The notes: generated by a model not told the origin, from the letters alone. 64,000 nt of DNA from Candidatus Hydrogenedentota bacterium (GCA_963668025.2 CAXXTH010000019.1:128001-192000); one strand, 5' to 3'. Counted from the stretch's first letter, positions 30,044-43,312 are shown. Made by a program: numbers and translations.

Positions 30044-31138
30044 TTAATATGTGCATGCCCGCGCTTCATCCGCGTAGGCTTTAATTAATTCAATGTCCGC
30101 ATCGAAAAAGTGGTCGCTCACGCACAAAATATACCCGCCGCCTTCCCCCGCCTCTTCAAAACAGCGGCGGACTTCCTTGCGGGTTTGTTCCGGCGTGCAG
30201 CCAAGGAAATAGTGGAACTGGTCGAATCCGCCGATCATGCACACCCGATCTCCGATGCGGCGTTTGGCTTCCCGCAGATTCGTATCGCCGCCCATGCCTG
30301 CCGGCGTGAACGTCTCCATGGCGTCTGGCCTCATATCCGCGATACGCTCGAGAAACGGCATCATGCCGCCGCAAGTATGATAAACAATCCGCTGCCCGGC
30401 TTTATGCGCCACACGGATGATCTGGGAATCATAGGGCGCGACAAAATCATCAAAAATGGCGGGGGAAATCACCGTGGAGGAAGCGTCGCCGCCGCCCAAT
30501 TCGAGCACATCGAATTGGGCGCCTTTCAGCGTTTCGGCAAACGCGAGTTTGCGGCGCAGAATGACGCCCAGCAGCTCATGCACCCATTCCGGGTCTTCGA
30601 AAGCCGATACAATCAAGCGCTCGATGCCCACCATGCAGGAAGCATCTTGCCAGCAGCCGGGCTGCCCATAAATCTCCGAACACCAAATATAGGAGCGCGC
30701 GAGGCCTCGCTGGCCAAATTCCGCCACCGCTTTATTGGCGGCGGCGACATCGCACCGCATCGTAGGCGCGTATGCGCCGATCAGCTCGATATCTTTTTTC
30801 TCTTTAATCAGGTGTTCCGTCACCCAGACCGTGTGTTGATTGCTCTGGGTCACCATCGTGAGCGTTCCCTTGGGCGTATCGATATAATGGCGCGTGGTGG
30901 GATACTCGTGCCCAGGAAGCTCCTCCGAACGGAGCCGCCATTCATCGCTGGGAGGGTCCGCTTCAAGAGGAAGGGTGTACAAAATAGGATCAAGGCCGAA
31001 ATAATCCCAAAATTCGCCCATCGAGATGCCATTCATATAGGTATTGAGAAAATACGGCATCACATCATGCGATGTAACAGGCAAACGGTCTGGCGTTCGG
31101 CGTTCGAGTGCGGCGATGAATCGCTCTTTCGAGGTCAT
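30044..31138 (-). CDS. Uroporphyrinogen decarboxylase / MtaA-CmuA family protein
   Basis: MTSKER...PDRLP, YHTCG, GGGYIL. Confidence 0.88.
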   Translation of the reverse strand: MTSKERFIAALERRTPDRLPVTSHDVMPYFLNTYMNGISMGEFWDYFGLDPILYTLPLEADPPSDEWRLRSEELPGHEYPTTRHYIDTPKGTLTMVTQSNQHTVWVTEHLIKEKKDIELIGAYAPTMRCDVAAANKAVAEFGQRGLARSYIWCSEIYGQPGCWQDASCMVGIERLIVSAFEDPEWVHELLGVILRRKLAFAETLKGAQFDVLELGGGDASSTVISPAIFDDFVAPYDSQIIRVAHKAGQRIVYHTCGGMMPFLERIADMRPDAMETFTPAGMGGDTNLREAKRRIGDRVCMIGGFDQFHYFLGCTPEQTRKEVRRCFEEAGEGGGYILCVSDHFFDADIELIKAYADEARACTY

Positions 31139-31256
31139 TGTTCACCTTTCTGGCCTCCCAAGGCGGGGAAGCGTTCTTGACAGTCTTAGGGTTTCGATGC
31201 TACACCCTTCCACAAGGTTGAAAGTATTGTGGCATCTACACACAAGGGGTTCAAGA

Positions 31257-32522
31257 ATGAACGAGCACCTTTCCGGCGTCTTTGGCGCACAGGACACGCT
31301 GGCCCTCGAATCCGTCGTGGCCCGCATCGTGGCGGAGACGCCCGCCACCGATGTGCATACCCACTTGTTCGCTCCGCCATTCGGGGAATTGCTCCTGTAT
31401 GGCGTGGATGAATTGCTCACCTATCATTACCTTGTCGCGGAGGTCATGCGGGTAGCCAGTGTGGGCTATGACGCATTCTGGGCCATGGACAAGCAAGCCC
31501 AAGCGGACCTGATTTGGAAAGAACTGTTCATCGAGCGCGCGCCCATCAGCGAGGCGTGCCGTGGCGTGCTGGCCTCTCTTAAGAGCTTAGGGCTGGATGT
31601 ATCCTCGCGTAATCTCGCGTCATTCCGAGAATATTTCAACGATATCGGCATCGAAAGCCATATCGAGAATGTGTTCCGTCTCGCCCGCATCGAGTCGGTG
31701 GTCATGACAAATGATCCCTTTGATGACGCCGAACGGCCCATTTGGCTCGATGGTTACAAAAGCAGTACATTTTTTCACGCCGCTTTGCGCATCGATCCGC
31801 TCCTGCTCAACTGGCCTTCCACCTGCAGCAGGCTCAAAGGCTGGGGATATGAAACCGACGCCCTCCTTTCCAAAACGACGGTTGAAGAAGTGCGCCGCTT
31901 TCTGGACGATTGGCTGTATCGCACGAAGGCGCTATATATGGCCGCCTCTTTATCGCCCGATTTCACGTATCCGCAGGAATCCGCCAGCGGCACGCTCCTC
32001 GAACAATGCGTGCTGCCCGTGGCGCGCGAGTGCGGCATTCCCTTCGCGATGATGATCGGCGTGGAGCGGCAGATTAATCCCGCCTTGCGCCTGGCGGGCG
32101 ATTCCGTATGCAAGGCTGACATCCGCTCCGTGGAGCGCCTGTGCGCGCGCTATCCGGAAAATAAATTCATGGTGACCATGCTCGCACGCGAGAACCAGCA
32201 TGAACTCTGTGTCGCCGCGCGCAAATTCCGCAATATGATGCCCTTCGGCTGCTGGTGGTTCCTCAACACGCCGGGCTTCATTGATGAGATCACCCGCATG
32301 CGCCTGGAATTGCTGGGCTTAAGCATGACGCCGCAACATTCCGACTCCCGAGTCCTGGAACAAGTAATTTACAAGTGGGAGCATTCGAGGGCCATCATCG
32401 GGCGTGTTCTAGCCGAGAAGTATGTCGATCTCGCCACCACGGGCTGGACCATCACGGAAGCGGAAATCCGCCGCGATGTGCAGCGCTTGCTGGGCGGGAA
32501 TTTCTGGGAGTTCGTGAAATAG
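31257..32522 (+). CDS. uxaC: Glucuronate isomerase (short Bacillus-type uronate isomerase)
   Basis: DVHTHL, LLTYHYL, MTNDPFD, GCWWFLN, HSDSRVLEQ.IYKW. Confidence 0.88.
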   Translation: MNEHLSGVFGAQDTLALESVVARIVAETPATDVHTHLFAPPFGELLLYGVDELLTYHYLVAEVMRVASVGYDAFWAMDKQAQADLIWKELFIERAPISEACRGVLASLKSLGLDVSSRNLASFREYFNDIGIESHIENVFRLARIESVVMTNDPFDDAERPIWLDGYKSSTFFHAALRIDPLLLNWPSTCSRLKGWGYETDALLSKTTVEEVRRFLDDWLYRTKALYMAASLSPDFTYPQESASGTLLEQCVLPVARECGIPFAMMIGVERQINPALRLAGDSVCKADIRSVERLCARYPENKFMVTMLARENQHELCVAARKFRNMMPFGCWWFLNTPGFIDEITRMRLELLGLSMTPQHSDSRVLEQVIYKWEHSRAIIGRVLAEKYVDLATTGWTITEAEIRRDVQRLLGGNFWEFVK

Positions 32523-32571
32523 CCGCCAGTTGTGAAGCCCTTGGAATGCTCGAGCATTTGGGAAACAAGCC

Positions 32572-32979
32572 ATGTTCGCATACGCCACTACGATCAAAAT
32601 GCGGGATGTGGACGCCGCGGGCGTCTTGTTTTATGGCCGCTACTTCGGCTTGGCCCACGACGCCTACGAGGCGTTCATGGAATCATGCGGATATAGCTCC
32701 GCGCGCATCATGAACGATGAGCCGTTTATCATCCCCGTGGTCCATGCCGAAGCCGATTATCATATCCCCCTAAGGCTGGGCGATGCCGCCACAATCCAAG
32801 TGCATGCCGATGAAGTAAAGCGCCGCGCATACCGGATTATCTGTGAAATGCGGACGCCTGAAGGAAAAATCGCCTGCATGGTCCGCACGACGCATATGAC
32901 GGTCGATAAAGCCAAGAAAAAATCCATCCCGCTCCCGGAATCCCTCCGTGAGGCGCTACAAAAGCATGTAAGCGTATAG
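32572..32979 (+). CDS. 4HBT-family acyl-CoA thioesterase
   Basis: DVDAAGVLFY; PVVHAEADY. Confidence 0.88.
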   Translation: MFAYATTIKMRDVDAAGVLFYGRYFGLAHDAYEAFMESCGYSSARIMNDEPFIIPVVHAEADYHIPLRLGDAATIQVHADEVKRRAYRIICEMRTPEGKIACMVRTTHMTVDKAKKKSIPLPESLREALQKHVSV

Positions 32980-33203
32980 ATGCAAATAAGCACGCCCCAT
33001 CTCCCGCGCGGCCACGGTTAAATGAATTTGGCGGCCTCCATGGGAATCCTATAAAATGGGGGATTGTTTTTTCAGTGCTTTCTGGCATATGCTTACGCCA
33101 TTAGTTGTGTTTCACGCGCGTTTCATACACGCTTAGGAGTGCATAGTTCCAGCGCCTCCAAGGCGAAGAGCGCTACCATCATTACTCAGCTAATCGGAGG
33201 ATT

Positions 33204-33749
33204 ATGTACGAATCTATTTATTTTACAGAGCTAAAGGAATCTGAGATAGGCGAATCATTGTTCGTAAACTTCAATCGATATCAAGATGTGAAGAAATGTT
33301 GGCGCAAGGAAAATGGGAAATGGATATTAAAAGAGGTTGTTTTTACAGAACAATGGGGTTCTGATGAGTATAAAAAGCTGATTGAATGCTTGAAAAATAC
33401 AGTAAAAACGGGCGGCGCCCTATTTGCCGCCTTTTGTGGTGACATACTCGTTGGATTTGCTTCCATTGAAAGTGCGTTTTTTGGCTCACAAAAGGAGTAT
33501 TTGGAACTATCAAGCATTCATACATCTTACGAATATCGTGGGACGGGAATAGGGAAAAAACTATTTTCTCTTGTCTGCGAAAAAGCAAAAGAGATGGGAG
33601 CTAAAAAGCTGTATATATCTGCGCATTCATCTCAGGAGACACAGGCCTTTTATGAGACAATGGGCTGTGTGGAAGCTCTCGAATATAATGATGGATTGGT
33701 TGCGAAAGAACCATGCGACTGTCAATTGGAATATAGATTGCCAATATAA
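33204..33749 (+). CDS. GNAT N-acetyltransferase, low GC
   Basis: [11 protein letters not shown] motif A; AFYETMG; RBS GGAGG. Confidence 0.9.
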   Translation: MYESIYFTELKESEIGESLFVNFNRYQDVKKCWRKENGKWILKEVVFTEQWGSDEYKKLIECLKNTVKTGGALFAAFCGDILVGFASIESAFFGSQKEYLELSSIHTSYEYRGTGIGKKLFSLVCEKAKEMGAKKLYISAHSSQETQAFYETMGCVEALEYNDGLVAKEPCDCQLEYRLPI

Positions 33750-33774
33750 CCATAATTTCAGGTACGGACCCTTG

Positions 33775-36681
<2,907 letters not shown>

Positions 36682-36706
36682 AATATGTAGTAGTTGTTTT
36701 TTATTT

Positions 36707-36790
36707 ACCACAAAGACACTAAGGCACAAAGGTATTACTACGCACAACCATTTGCTTGAAACCTCCTTGTGTCTTTGTGCCTTTGTGGTG
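36707..36790. repeat. 9-bp-periodic inverted repeat pair
   Basis: ACCACAAAGACACTAAGGCACAAAG ... CTTGTGTCTTTGTGCCTTTGTGGT. Confidence 0.75.
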
Positions 36791-36832
36791 AAAAAACATA
36801 AAGGGTATAGCCACATGAATCACGAGTATGTG

Positions 36833-38202
36833 GGGTGTTCCCGCAGAATGCTAAAGAAATCCTCGTGTCGGGTCGATAAGTATGCCGGACCCTTAACGGA
36901 GGAAGACCGATGGCAGCGATGGTGACAAGGCGCGACGGCGACACGTTCGAGGTGAGTTTCTCGCTGAGGCTGCGTGGTTCGATGCTCGATATGGAGGAGG
37001 CGGTCCAGGAGGCCCTGAACGGGGTGGGGCGCGCAGTCATGGCCGAGGCCCTGGCCCGTTTCGACACAGACGGCTCGCCCATCCGCGTCGGCGCCACCAC
37101 CTTCAAAACCAAGGGGCGCTTCGGCCAGACCTACGAGACGCCCCACGGCCCGGTCCGCGTCGAGCGGCACGTCTACCAGAACACCGCCACGGGCGGGCGC
37201 ACCTTCTGCCCGCTGGAGCGGGACGCGCGAATGGTCATGAACGCCACGCCGCGCTACGCCCGGATCGTCAGCGGAAAATACTCCCGCATGGGCGCCGATG
37301 TCATGCGCCGCGACCTGCTCGAGTCGACAGGCCGCGCAATCTCGCGCGACTATGTGAAGAAGATCGGCGATTTTGTGGGCGCCCTGGCGCAGGCCAGGGA
37401 GGAGACGTGGGAGTACGAGCTGCCGGAATTGGACAGGCCGGTCGCGTCGGTGGCCGTGGGCCTGGACGGCACCTGCATGCTGCTCAGGGAGGACGGCTGG
37501 CGTCAGGCGATGTGCGGGTCCATCAGCCTGTACGACAAGGACGGGGAGCGGCTGCACACGATCTACGCGGGCGCATCGCCCGAGTACGGCAAGCAGACTT
37601 TCCTCGAGCGCTTCGGCCGCGAGGTGGAGCGCGTGAGGGCGAGGCACCCGGCGGCGCTGTATATCGGCCTGGCCGACGGCGCGCCGGACAACTGGAAGTT
37701 TTTGACGCCGCGCACGGACCGGCAGATGCTGGATTTCTATCACGCGCGGGAATACGTGGGGAAGGCGGCGGAGGCGATTCACGGTCATGGCGCGCGCCGC
37801 CGGGAGTGGGAGGCGGACTGGAGTCACCGGCTGAAGCACACGAGGGGCGCAGCCGGACGCTTGCTGGAGGAGATGAAGGCGAGCTTGCCAAGCGTGCGCG
37901 CCCAGGCTTGCCGCGAGGAACTCGGCAAGGCGATCACCTACTTCGGCAATCACCGCTCGAAGATGCAATACTGGCGGCACACGGCGGAGCGCCTTCCCAT
38001 CGGCAGCGGAGTGACGGAGGCGGCGTGCAAGACGCTGATCAAGCAACGCCTGGCATGCTCCGGGATGCGGTGGAAGGAAGCGGGCGCGAGCGCGGTGATC
38101 GCGCTCAGGTCGCTGGAGATGACCGAGGGCCGTTGGGACCAGTTCTGGCAACACGTGGCCCGCCACGGGGTCAATTGAGGTTATCATATTGAGGGAGCAC
38201 CC
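36833..38202 (+). mobile_element. ISKra4-family element inserted after codon 6 of a methyltransferase gene
   Basis: TIR GGGTGTTCCC / GGGAGCACCC; 8-bp TSD AGTATGTG at 36825-36832 and 38203-38210. Confidence 0.92.
36910..38178 (+). CDS. ISKra4-family transposase
   Basis: LDGT, ADGA..NW, LDFYHA.EY, PIGSGVTEAACK...RL..SGMRW. Confidence 0.92.
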   Translation: MAAMVTRRDGDTFEVSFSLRLRGSMLDMEEAVQEALNGVGRAVMAEALARFDTDGSPIRVGATTFKTKGRFGQTYETPHGPVRVERHVYQNTATGGRTFCPLERDARMVMNATPRYARIVSGKYSRMGADVMRRDLLESTGRAISRDYVKKIGDFVGALAQAREETWEYELPELDRPVASVAVGLDGTCMLLREDGWRQAMCGSISLYDKDGERLHTIYAGASPEYGKQTFLERFGREVERVRARHPAALYIGLADGAPDNWKFLTPRTDRQMLDFYHAREYVGKAAEAIHGHGARRREWEADWSHRLKHTRGAAGRLLEEMKASLPSVRAQACREELGKAITYFGNHRSKMQYWRHTAERLPIGSGVTEAACKTLIKQRLACSGMRWKEAGASAVIALRSLEMTEGRWDQFWQHVARHGVN

Positions 38203-38207
38203 AGTAT

Positions 38208-38996
38208 GTGCATGGTTACACGCCGCGCGAGAGCGAGCGGCTGGTGGATCAGGCGATGACTCTGGCGGAATTGTTGCACGCGGATACGGCGTATCCGACG
38301 GGCGCGCTGGTGCTCGAGGCGGGATGCGGAGTGGGGGCGCAAACCGGTACGCTGGCGCAAAACAGTCCCGAGGCGAGATTTGTCTGTGTGGATATCTCCG
38401 AGGATTCGCTGGCTCGCGCGCAGGCGGAGGCGGCCCGGCTGGGCTTGGCGAATGTGTCGTTCCAGCAGGCGGATCTTTTTCAGTTGCCGTTTCCGGACAG
38501 CCATTTCGACCATGTGTTCGTATGTTTCGTGCTCGAACACCTGGCCGCGCCCGAGGCGGCGCTTCGGGAGCTGAAGCGGGTGTTGAAACCCGGCGGCTCG
38601 ATCACCGCCATCGAGGGCGACCATGGCTCGACGTATTTTCACCCCGACAACGCCCGCGCACGGGAAGCCGTGGCATGCCTGGTGGAGATTCAGCAACAGG
38701 CAGGAGGCGACGCGAACATCGGGCGGCGCTTGTATCCCCTGCTGTCGGCGGCGGGATTCCTCGACGTGCGGGTGTCGCCCCGGATGGTCTATGTGGACGG
38801 CAGCCGCCCGGCGCTTATCGACGGCTTCACGAAGAAGACCTTCACGGCCATGGTGGAAGGCGTGGGCGGGCAAGCCGTGGCGCTGGGGCTTATGGACGAG
38901 GCGGCGTGGTCGGAAGGCATCCGCGCCCTATACCGCACGGCGGAGCCGGACGGCGTGTTCTGTTATACGTTCTTCAAAGGCGTGGCCCACCGGTAA
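38208..38996 (+). CDS. Class I SAM-dependent methyltransferase (original ATG at 36815, split by IS)
   Basis: VLEAGCGVG, FDHV, LKPGG; removing the IS restores MNHEYVHGYTPRE. Confidence 0.88.
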   Translation: MHGYTPRESERLVDQAMTLAELLHADTAYPTGALVLEAGCGVGAQTGTLAQNSPEARFVCVDISEDSLARAQAEAARLGLANVSFQQADLFQLPFPDSHFDHVFVCFVLEHLAAPEAALRELKRVLKPGGSITAIEGDHGSTYFHPDNARAREAVACLVEIQQQAGGDANIGRRLYPLLSAAGFLDVRVSPRMVYVDGSRPALIDGFTKKTFTAMVEGVGGQAVALGLMDEAAWSEGIRALYRTAEPDGVFCYTFFKGVAHR

Positions 38997-39017
38997 CATG
39001 TATATTAGGAGATATCT

Positions 39018-39287
39018 ATGGGCCTGGTTGTCCGGTTGATCATTTTTGTCGCCATATGCTGCGCCGCCGCCTATTTCGCCCCGGACGGTGGTAACGCTGG
39101 ACACGTGTTTAGCCTGCTTGTCGCTATGGGTGCGGCATTGGTTATCGCGTCGCCGGAAGGGGGCCAGTACCTTCATTGGGACGGTACAAGCGAGAACGTT
39201 CCCGGATGCGCGTTGGTGGGGCTGGGCATCTTCTTGTGGATCATCGCGTTAGTCGTGTATATCGTTGCGCTTCATGAGGCCGCGTGA
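39018..39287 (+). CDS. Small three-TM membrane protein
   Basis: RBS AGGAG; hydrophobic segments. Confidence 0.6.
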   Translation: MGLVVRLIIFVAICCAAAYFAPDGGNAGHVFSLLVAMGAALVIASPEGGQYLHWDGTSENVPGCALVGLGIFLWIIALVVYIVALHEAA

Positions 39288-39343
39288 ATATACAGAGAAC
39301 GATTCAAGATTTAATGCAATAAGATAATTAGGTTTGCCTTTCC

Positions 39344-39487
39344 CGTGGCATGGCCGTCCCGGCCATGCGCATGGGCGAGACGCCCATGCCACGGAAGTAA
39401 AAACATCGATAAACATTTATTTGTGTGTATGAGTGTTCATTCGTGGTCCAACATCCAGATCTTTTGTTGCGGCCATGACGCGCTGTG
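39344..39487. repeat. REP doublet plus composite repeat
   Basis: CGTGGCATGGCCGTCCCGGCCATG..CATGGGCGAGACGCCCATGCCACG; tail resembles 6220-6312. Confidence 0.78.
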
Positions 39488-39720
39488 TCCTCGATGTTCA
39501 CAGCCAAACGGATATTCCCGACTTTTCCACATTCCAGCGGTGAGGCCACAATAACTCATCTTCTAAAAGAATGCTTTTGACAACTGAACTAGAAAACTTT
39601 ATAACTAGAGGTAATGAAAATATAATTCGTATGCTCAAAAAAGGGAGTCCCGTTACACCGTACAACCGTATCTTGAAAATTCTTCGATAAAGCTATAGAC
39701 ACGAAAGGAGGATATATTCC

Positions 39721-40827
39721 ATGTGTACACGAGTTCATCTCAGGATATCTTTCTGTGTGTTGTCTGTTTCCATGTTTGCGGTGGCAGCACATTCATTTGC
39801 CGCGAGCAATCAGCTAGATCGAGAGACGGTGTCCACGAGCCAGATGAGTACTGGTGACAGCTTCGAAAAAACGCAAACATTGAACAATGAGGAGGATCTC
39901 AAGCGACTCGGAACCACTGAGTTTGAGAGGGAATTCCTGGATTCGATGGTGAACCACATCGGTGAAGGGCTTATTCCAGTGTGCCTGCCGATGTGCGAGA
40001 GAATATTCCAAGATGTCGCAACACTCAATAAGGAATCACTGCCAATCAGCCTCTCTATGTTGTCAGAAGTGGAAATGTTCTATTGGCCGGGCGGTCAACC
40101 AGAAGACATGGCGGGTGTGATTCTGCCTTTTGGGAAAGAGATTGGGCAATGGGAGATTGAGGCCATTTGCAGCAATCGTAGGTTTTTGAAGGTGTGCCTG
40201 GAACTCGCCAGTTTGCCTAGAGATGAGGCGTCGAAACTAGTTGAGAATGAGATTGGCACGATTTTTCCAATATATCAAGATTTGTTCACTGAGACATGGG
40301 CGCAGGTTCAGAATACAAGAGCGAATTACCCTGTTGACAACCAGCAAACATACACTGTGGGGCCGTCATTACAAATTGGCAATAACCCCGATCATACGCC
40401 CACACTAGCGGGGGCAAGGCTAAAACTGTTCAGCCTACTTATGATTGCAGGCGATCTGCATCTTGCGGAGACAAGCGGCGCGTACAAGAAAGTGCTTGAC
40501 GAAGCCATTCGCCAACGCACTTACTTTTATGGCGATAATGGTTTGGAGGGAGATCGTTTTATGACGTTGAAAACGATCTGGCTGTATAACCGCCAGATAC
40601 TTGCCACCGCATTTCTTGGAATGCGAAATTCGCCGCTATGGGATGAAGAGCAACGCTGGACGGGTCATGAATTGACCACTTATGATGCCGTGTTTACTCC
40701 ATACGACTTACTAACGCGGCATCAGGGACCTCTCCCAGCGGATTTTACTAAAGGAAAGCAAATAATCAAGTTTCATGCGCCGCTGGATGATTCGGAGTTT
40801 GATTCCATCCTATCGAGTATGCGCTGA
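39721..40827 (+). CDS. Secreted hypothetical protein, lower GC
   Basis: RBS AGGAGG; signal peptide ending AHSFA. Confidence 0.75.
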   Translation: MCTRVHLRISFCVLSVSMFAVAAHSFAASNQLDRETVSTSQMSTGDSFEKTQTLNNEEDLKRLGTTEFEREFLDSMVNHIGEGLIPVCLPMCERIFQDVATLNKESLPISLSMLSEVEMFYWPGGQPEDMAGVILPFGKEIGQWEIEAICSNRRFLKVCLELASLPRDEASKLVENEIGTIFPIYQDLFTETWAQVQNTRANYPVDNQQTYTVGPSLQIGNNPDHTPTLAGARLKLFSLLMIAGDLHLAETSGAYKKVLDEAIRQRTYFYGDNGLEGDRFMTLKTIWLYNRQILATAFLGMRNSPLWDEEQRWTGHELTTYDAVFTPYDLLTRHQGPLPADFTKGKQIIKFHAPLDDSEFDSILSSMR

Positions 40828-40884
40828 AGCGTGCCCGTTCAAACAGATTCCAACGCCGACCCACCGGTAATGCCTTAGATGAAA

Positions 40885-40955
40885 TCTCTGTGTCCTCTGT
40901 GTCTCTGTGGTGAATGGTCCGGAATATCACCACAGAGACACAGAGGGCACAGAGA
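40885..40955. repeat. 9-bp-periodic inverted repeat
   Basis: CTCTGTGTCCTCTGTGTCTCTGTGGTGA ... TCACCACAGAGACACAGAGGGCACAGAG. Confidence 0.8.
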
Positions 40956-40982
40956 GTATTTGTTCAGTGCCAAAAAACGGGC

Positions 40983-41858
40983 TTATTTCGATTCGTTGCC
41001 CTTCAGCTTGGTCTTTAGCGTCGTAACCAGCATCTTGGGGTCGATGGGTTTTTGGAAAATACCCGCGAGGCCGAGGTCGCGCGCGTCGATGTTGTAGCGC
41101 ACTGTGTCGCCAGCGGAACTCAGGAGATAGATGGGGCCTGGGTATCCCGACTCTTTGAGTTTTTTAGCCGCTACCGCCCCAGCGTCGACCGTCTCCATCA
41201 TGAGGTCGATGACGACGGCGTCGGGATTGATGCGTGCGGCGATTTTAAGCCCTTCCTCGCCCGACGAGGCTTCGCCCACGGCAAACCCTTCCGCCTCGAG
41301 AACCATGCGCAAGGCGGCGCGGATATCCGGATCGTCATCGATAGTCAGTATGGTTTTCTTTATCGTGTTACTGCTTTCCATATTGCTTTCCCTCCACGTC
41401 CGAATGTTGTGCAGGACGAAGGCCAGCGCCTGTTCCAGATTATCCCTGGCCTGTGGCGACAATCCCTCTTTAAACTCGAACTCATAGCCGCGTATGCCGA
41501 GCACCCACGCCTTTGGCCGCGCCTGGAAGTGTTCTTCGCAGATGGCGAGAACCGAACCAGGCGACACGGAGTGGCTCGTGAAGGCTACTTCCGCCGCAGG
41601 CTCCAGCCGCTCGAAGATGAAGGATTCGGGGGCGTTCTTGCTTGCATCCGCGAACACGATTATATCATGAGATGCAAGCGTGGCGGCGTCTTCAATATTC
41701 AACTGATAATCCGCGTCCGTTTCCACCCCATCGAGCGCCAATTCTTCGATGCGGCGCGCCAATTCAGGCCCCAGCCCATCATCCCGCCGTCCGGGATTGC
41801 CATATCCCAGCACGAAAATTCGGGGGCGGGCGGCGCGTTTAGCCCCGGTATTGCTCAT
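40983..41858 (-). CDS. hoxW: Hydrogenase maturation protease fused in frame to a receiver domain (internal ATG at 41381)
   Basis: GYGNPGRRDDGLG, FADA, TSH; then ILTIDDD, VIDLMM and QKP with no intervening stop. Confidence 0.85.
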   Translation of the reverse strand: MSNTGAKRAARPRIFVLGYGNPGRRDDGLGPELARRIEELALDGVETDADYQLNIEDAATLASHDIIVFADASKNAPESFIFERLEPAAEVAFTSHSVSPGSVLAICEEHFQARPKAWVLGIRGYEFEFKEGLSPQARDNLEQALAFVLHNIRTWRESNMESSNTIKKTILTIDDDPDIRAALRMVLEAEGFAVGEASSGEEGLKIAARINPDAVVIDLMMETVDAGAVAAKKLKESGYPGPIYLLSSAGDTVRYNIDARDLGLAGIFQKPIDPKMLVTTLKTKLKGNESK

Positions 41859-43293
41859 CAAGCACTTCGCCATCGGGCCCGACCAACTGCACGTGCAGGC
41901 GCATCTGCCCCAAGGCATGGGTGGCGCAGCTCAGGCACGGATCATACGCCCGGATGCCCACCTCGATGTGGTTGAGCAAGCCTTCCGTAATCTCCTTGCC
42001 ATCGAGATACTGGCTTGCGATCACCCGCACGGCCTTGTTCATGGCCTCGTTGTTGTTGGTGGTGGACACGATCAGGTTGGCCTGGGTGATCTGGTCCGTC
42101 TCGGGATTCACCTGGTAGTGGTGGAAGAGCGTGCCGCGCGGGGCTTCGATCCACGCCACGCCGCGTTCCTGCCGCTTGCCCGTGCGCACGAGTTCCGCGC
42201 CTTGCAGATCGGGGTCGTTGAGCAGCTCCTTGATCTTCTCGATGGAATGCACCAGTTCGATGAGGCGCGCCCAATGGTACGCCATGGTCGAGTTGATCGG
42301 CTTGCCGCCGCCGAGGGCCATAAAATCCTGGCGGGCCTTCTCGGCCAGGGGCGTATCGATATAATCACAGGCGTTGACCCGCGCCAGCGGCCCCACGCGA
42401 TACCACCCGGTTTCCTTGCCCAGCGACTTGATGTGCGGGAACTTCATGTAGCTCCAGGGGCGCACTTCCTCGGTGAGGTAGTCGAGGTAATCGGCGGGTG
42501 CGACCTGGTCGAAGATTTTTTTACCGTCCGCATCGATGGCGCGCAGATTGCCGTCGTACAAATCCATGCAGCCGTCCTTGCCCACGATGCTCACGTGGTT
42601 CGAGGGAAAGCTGCCGAATTCGAGCAGGCTTTGCCCGCCGGCCTTGGTGGTGTTGATGCACAGTTCGAGGCCGCCCATGGCCCATTCGGTCATCGTATCC
42701 ACGTCCTTGAGCAGGGCGTCGCGCTCTTCGATGCTCAGGTTTTTGTTCACGCCGCCGGGAATCGAGCCCGTGCCGTGGACTTTCTTGCCCGCCGTGGCCT
42801 TGATCACTTCCTGCCCATATTTGCGCATGAGCACGGCCTGCTTGGCCACCTCGGGAAACGCCTCGATGACGGCAATGACGTTGCGTTTCGCCACGGGCGC
42901 GTCGAATCCAAACAGCAGGTCTGGCGAAGCGAGGTGGTAGAAATGCAGCGCGTGGGACTGGAACGTCTGGCCGTAATGCATGAGGCGGCGCATTTTCTCC
43001 GCCGTGGGCGAGATGGCCCGCTCGACGCCCACGATCACGTCCATGGCCTTGGACGCGGCGAGATGGTGGCTCACCGGGCAGATGCCGCATAGGCGCTGGA
43101 CAATGACCGGGGCCTCCCAATAGAAACGTCCCTGAACGAAGCGCTCGAAGCCGCGAAACTCGATGATATGGAACCGGGCCTGTTCGATAACGCCTTTTTC
43201 ATCCACATGGAGCGTGACCTTGCCATGGCCTTCCACTCGGGTCACGGGATTGATGACGATCTTGCGTTTGCCAGTGTTTTCAGCCGTAGCCAT
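41839..43293 (-). CDS. hoxH: Group 3d [NiFe]-hydrogenase large subunit
   Basis: TRVEGH; L1 QRLCGICPVSH; L2 YDPCLSCATH with cleavable tail. Confidence 0.96.
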   Translation of the reverse strand: MATAENTGKRKIVINPVTRVEGHGKVTLHVDEKGVIEQARFHIIEFRGFERFVQGRFYWEAPVIVQRLCGICPVSHHLAASKAMDVIVGVERAISPTAEKMRRLMHYGQTFQSHALHFYHLASPDLLFGFDAPVAKRNVIAVIEAFPEVAKQAVLMRKYGQEVIKATAGKKVHGTGSIPGGVNKNLSIEERDALLKDVDTMTEWAMGGLELCINTTKAGGQSLLEFGSFPSNHVSIVGKDGCMDLYDGNLRAIDADGKKIFDQVAPADYLDYLTEEVRPWSYMKFPHIKSLGKETGWYRVGPLARVNACDYIDTPLAEKARQDFMALGGGKPINSTMAYHWARLIELVHSIEKIKELLNDPDLQGAELVRTGKRQERGVAWIEAPRGTLFHHYQVNPETDQITQANLIVSTTNNNEAMNKAVRVIASQYLDGKEITEGLLNHIEVGIRAYDPCLSCATHALGQMRLHVQLVGPDGEVLDEQYRG

Positions 43294-43312
43294 ATGTTCG
43301 CCTCCGATGCAA

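Noticed and set aside
33571-33774. N-terminal extension of UvrA to 1036 aa
   Set aside because: Overlaps the GNAT gene in another frame; the ATG at 33775 gives a normal length
36820-38187. 455-aa minus-strand ORF (similarly 49846-50934, 62575-63966, 845-1891, 41749-43092, 30110-31180)
   Set aside because: Antisense shadows of clear genes in GC-rich DNA, with no recognisable motifs
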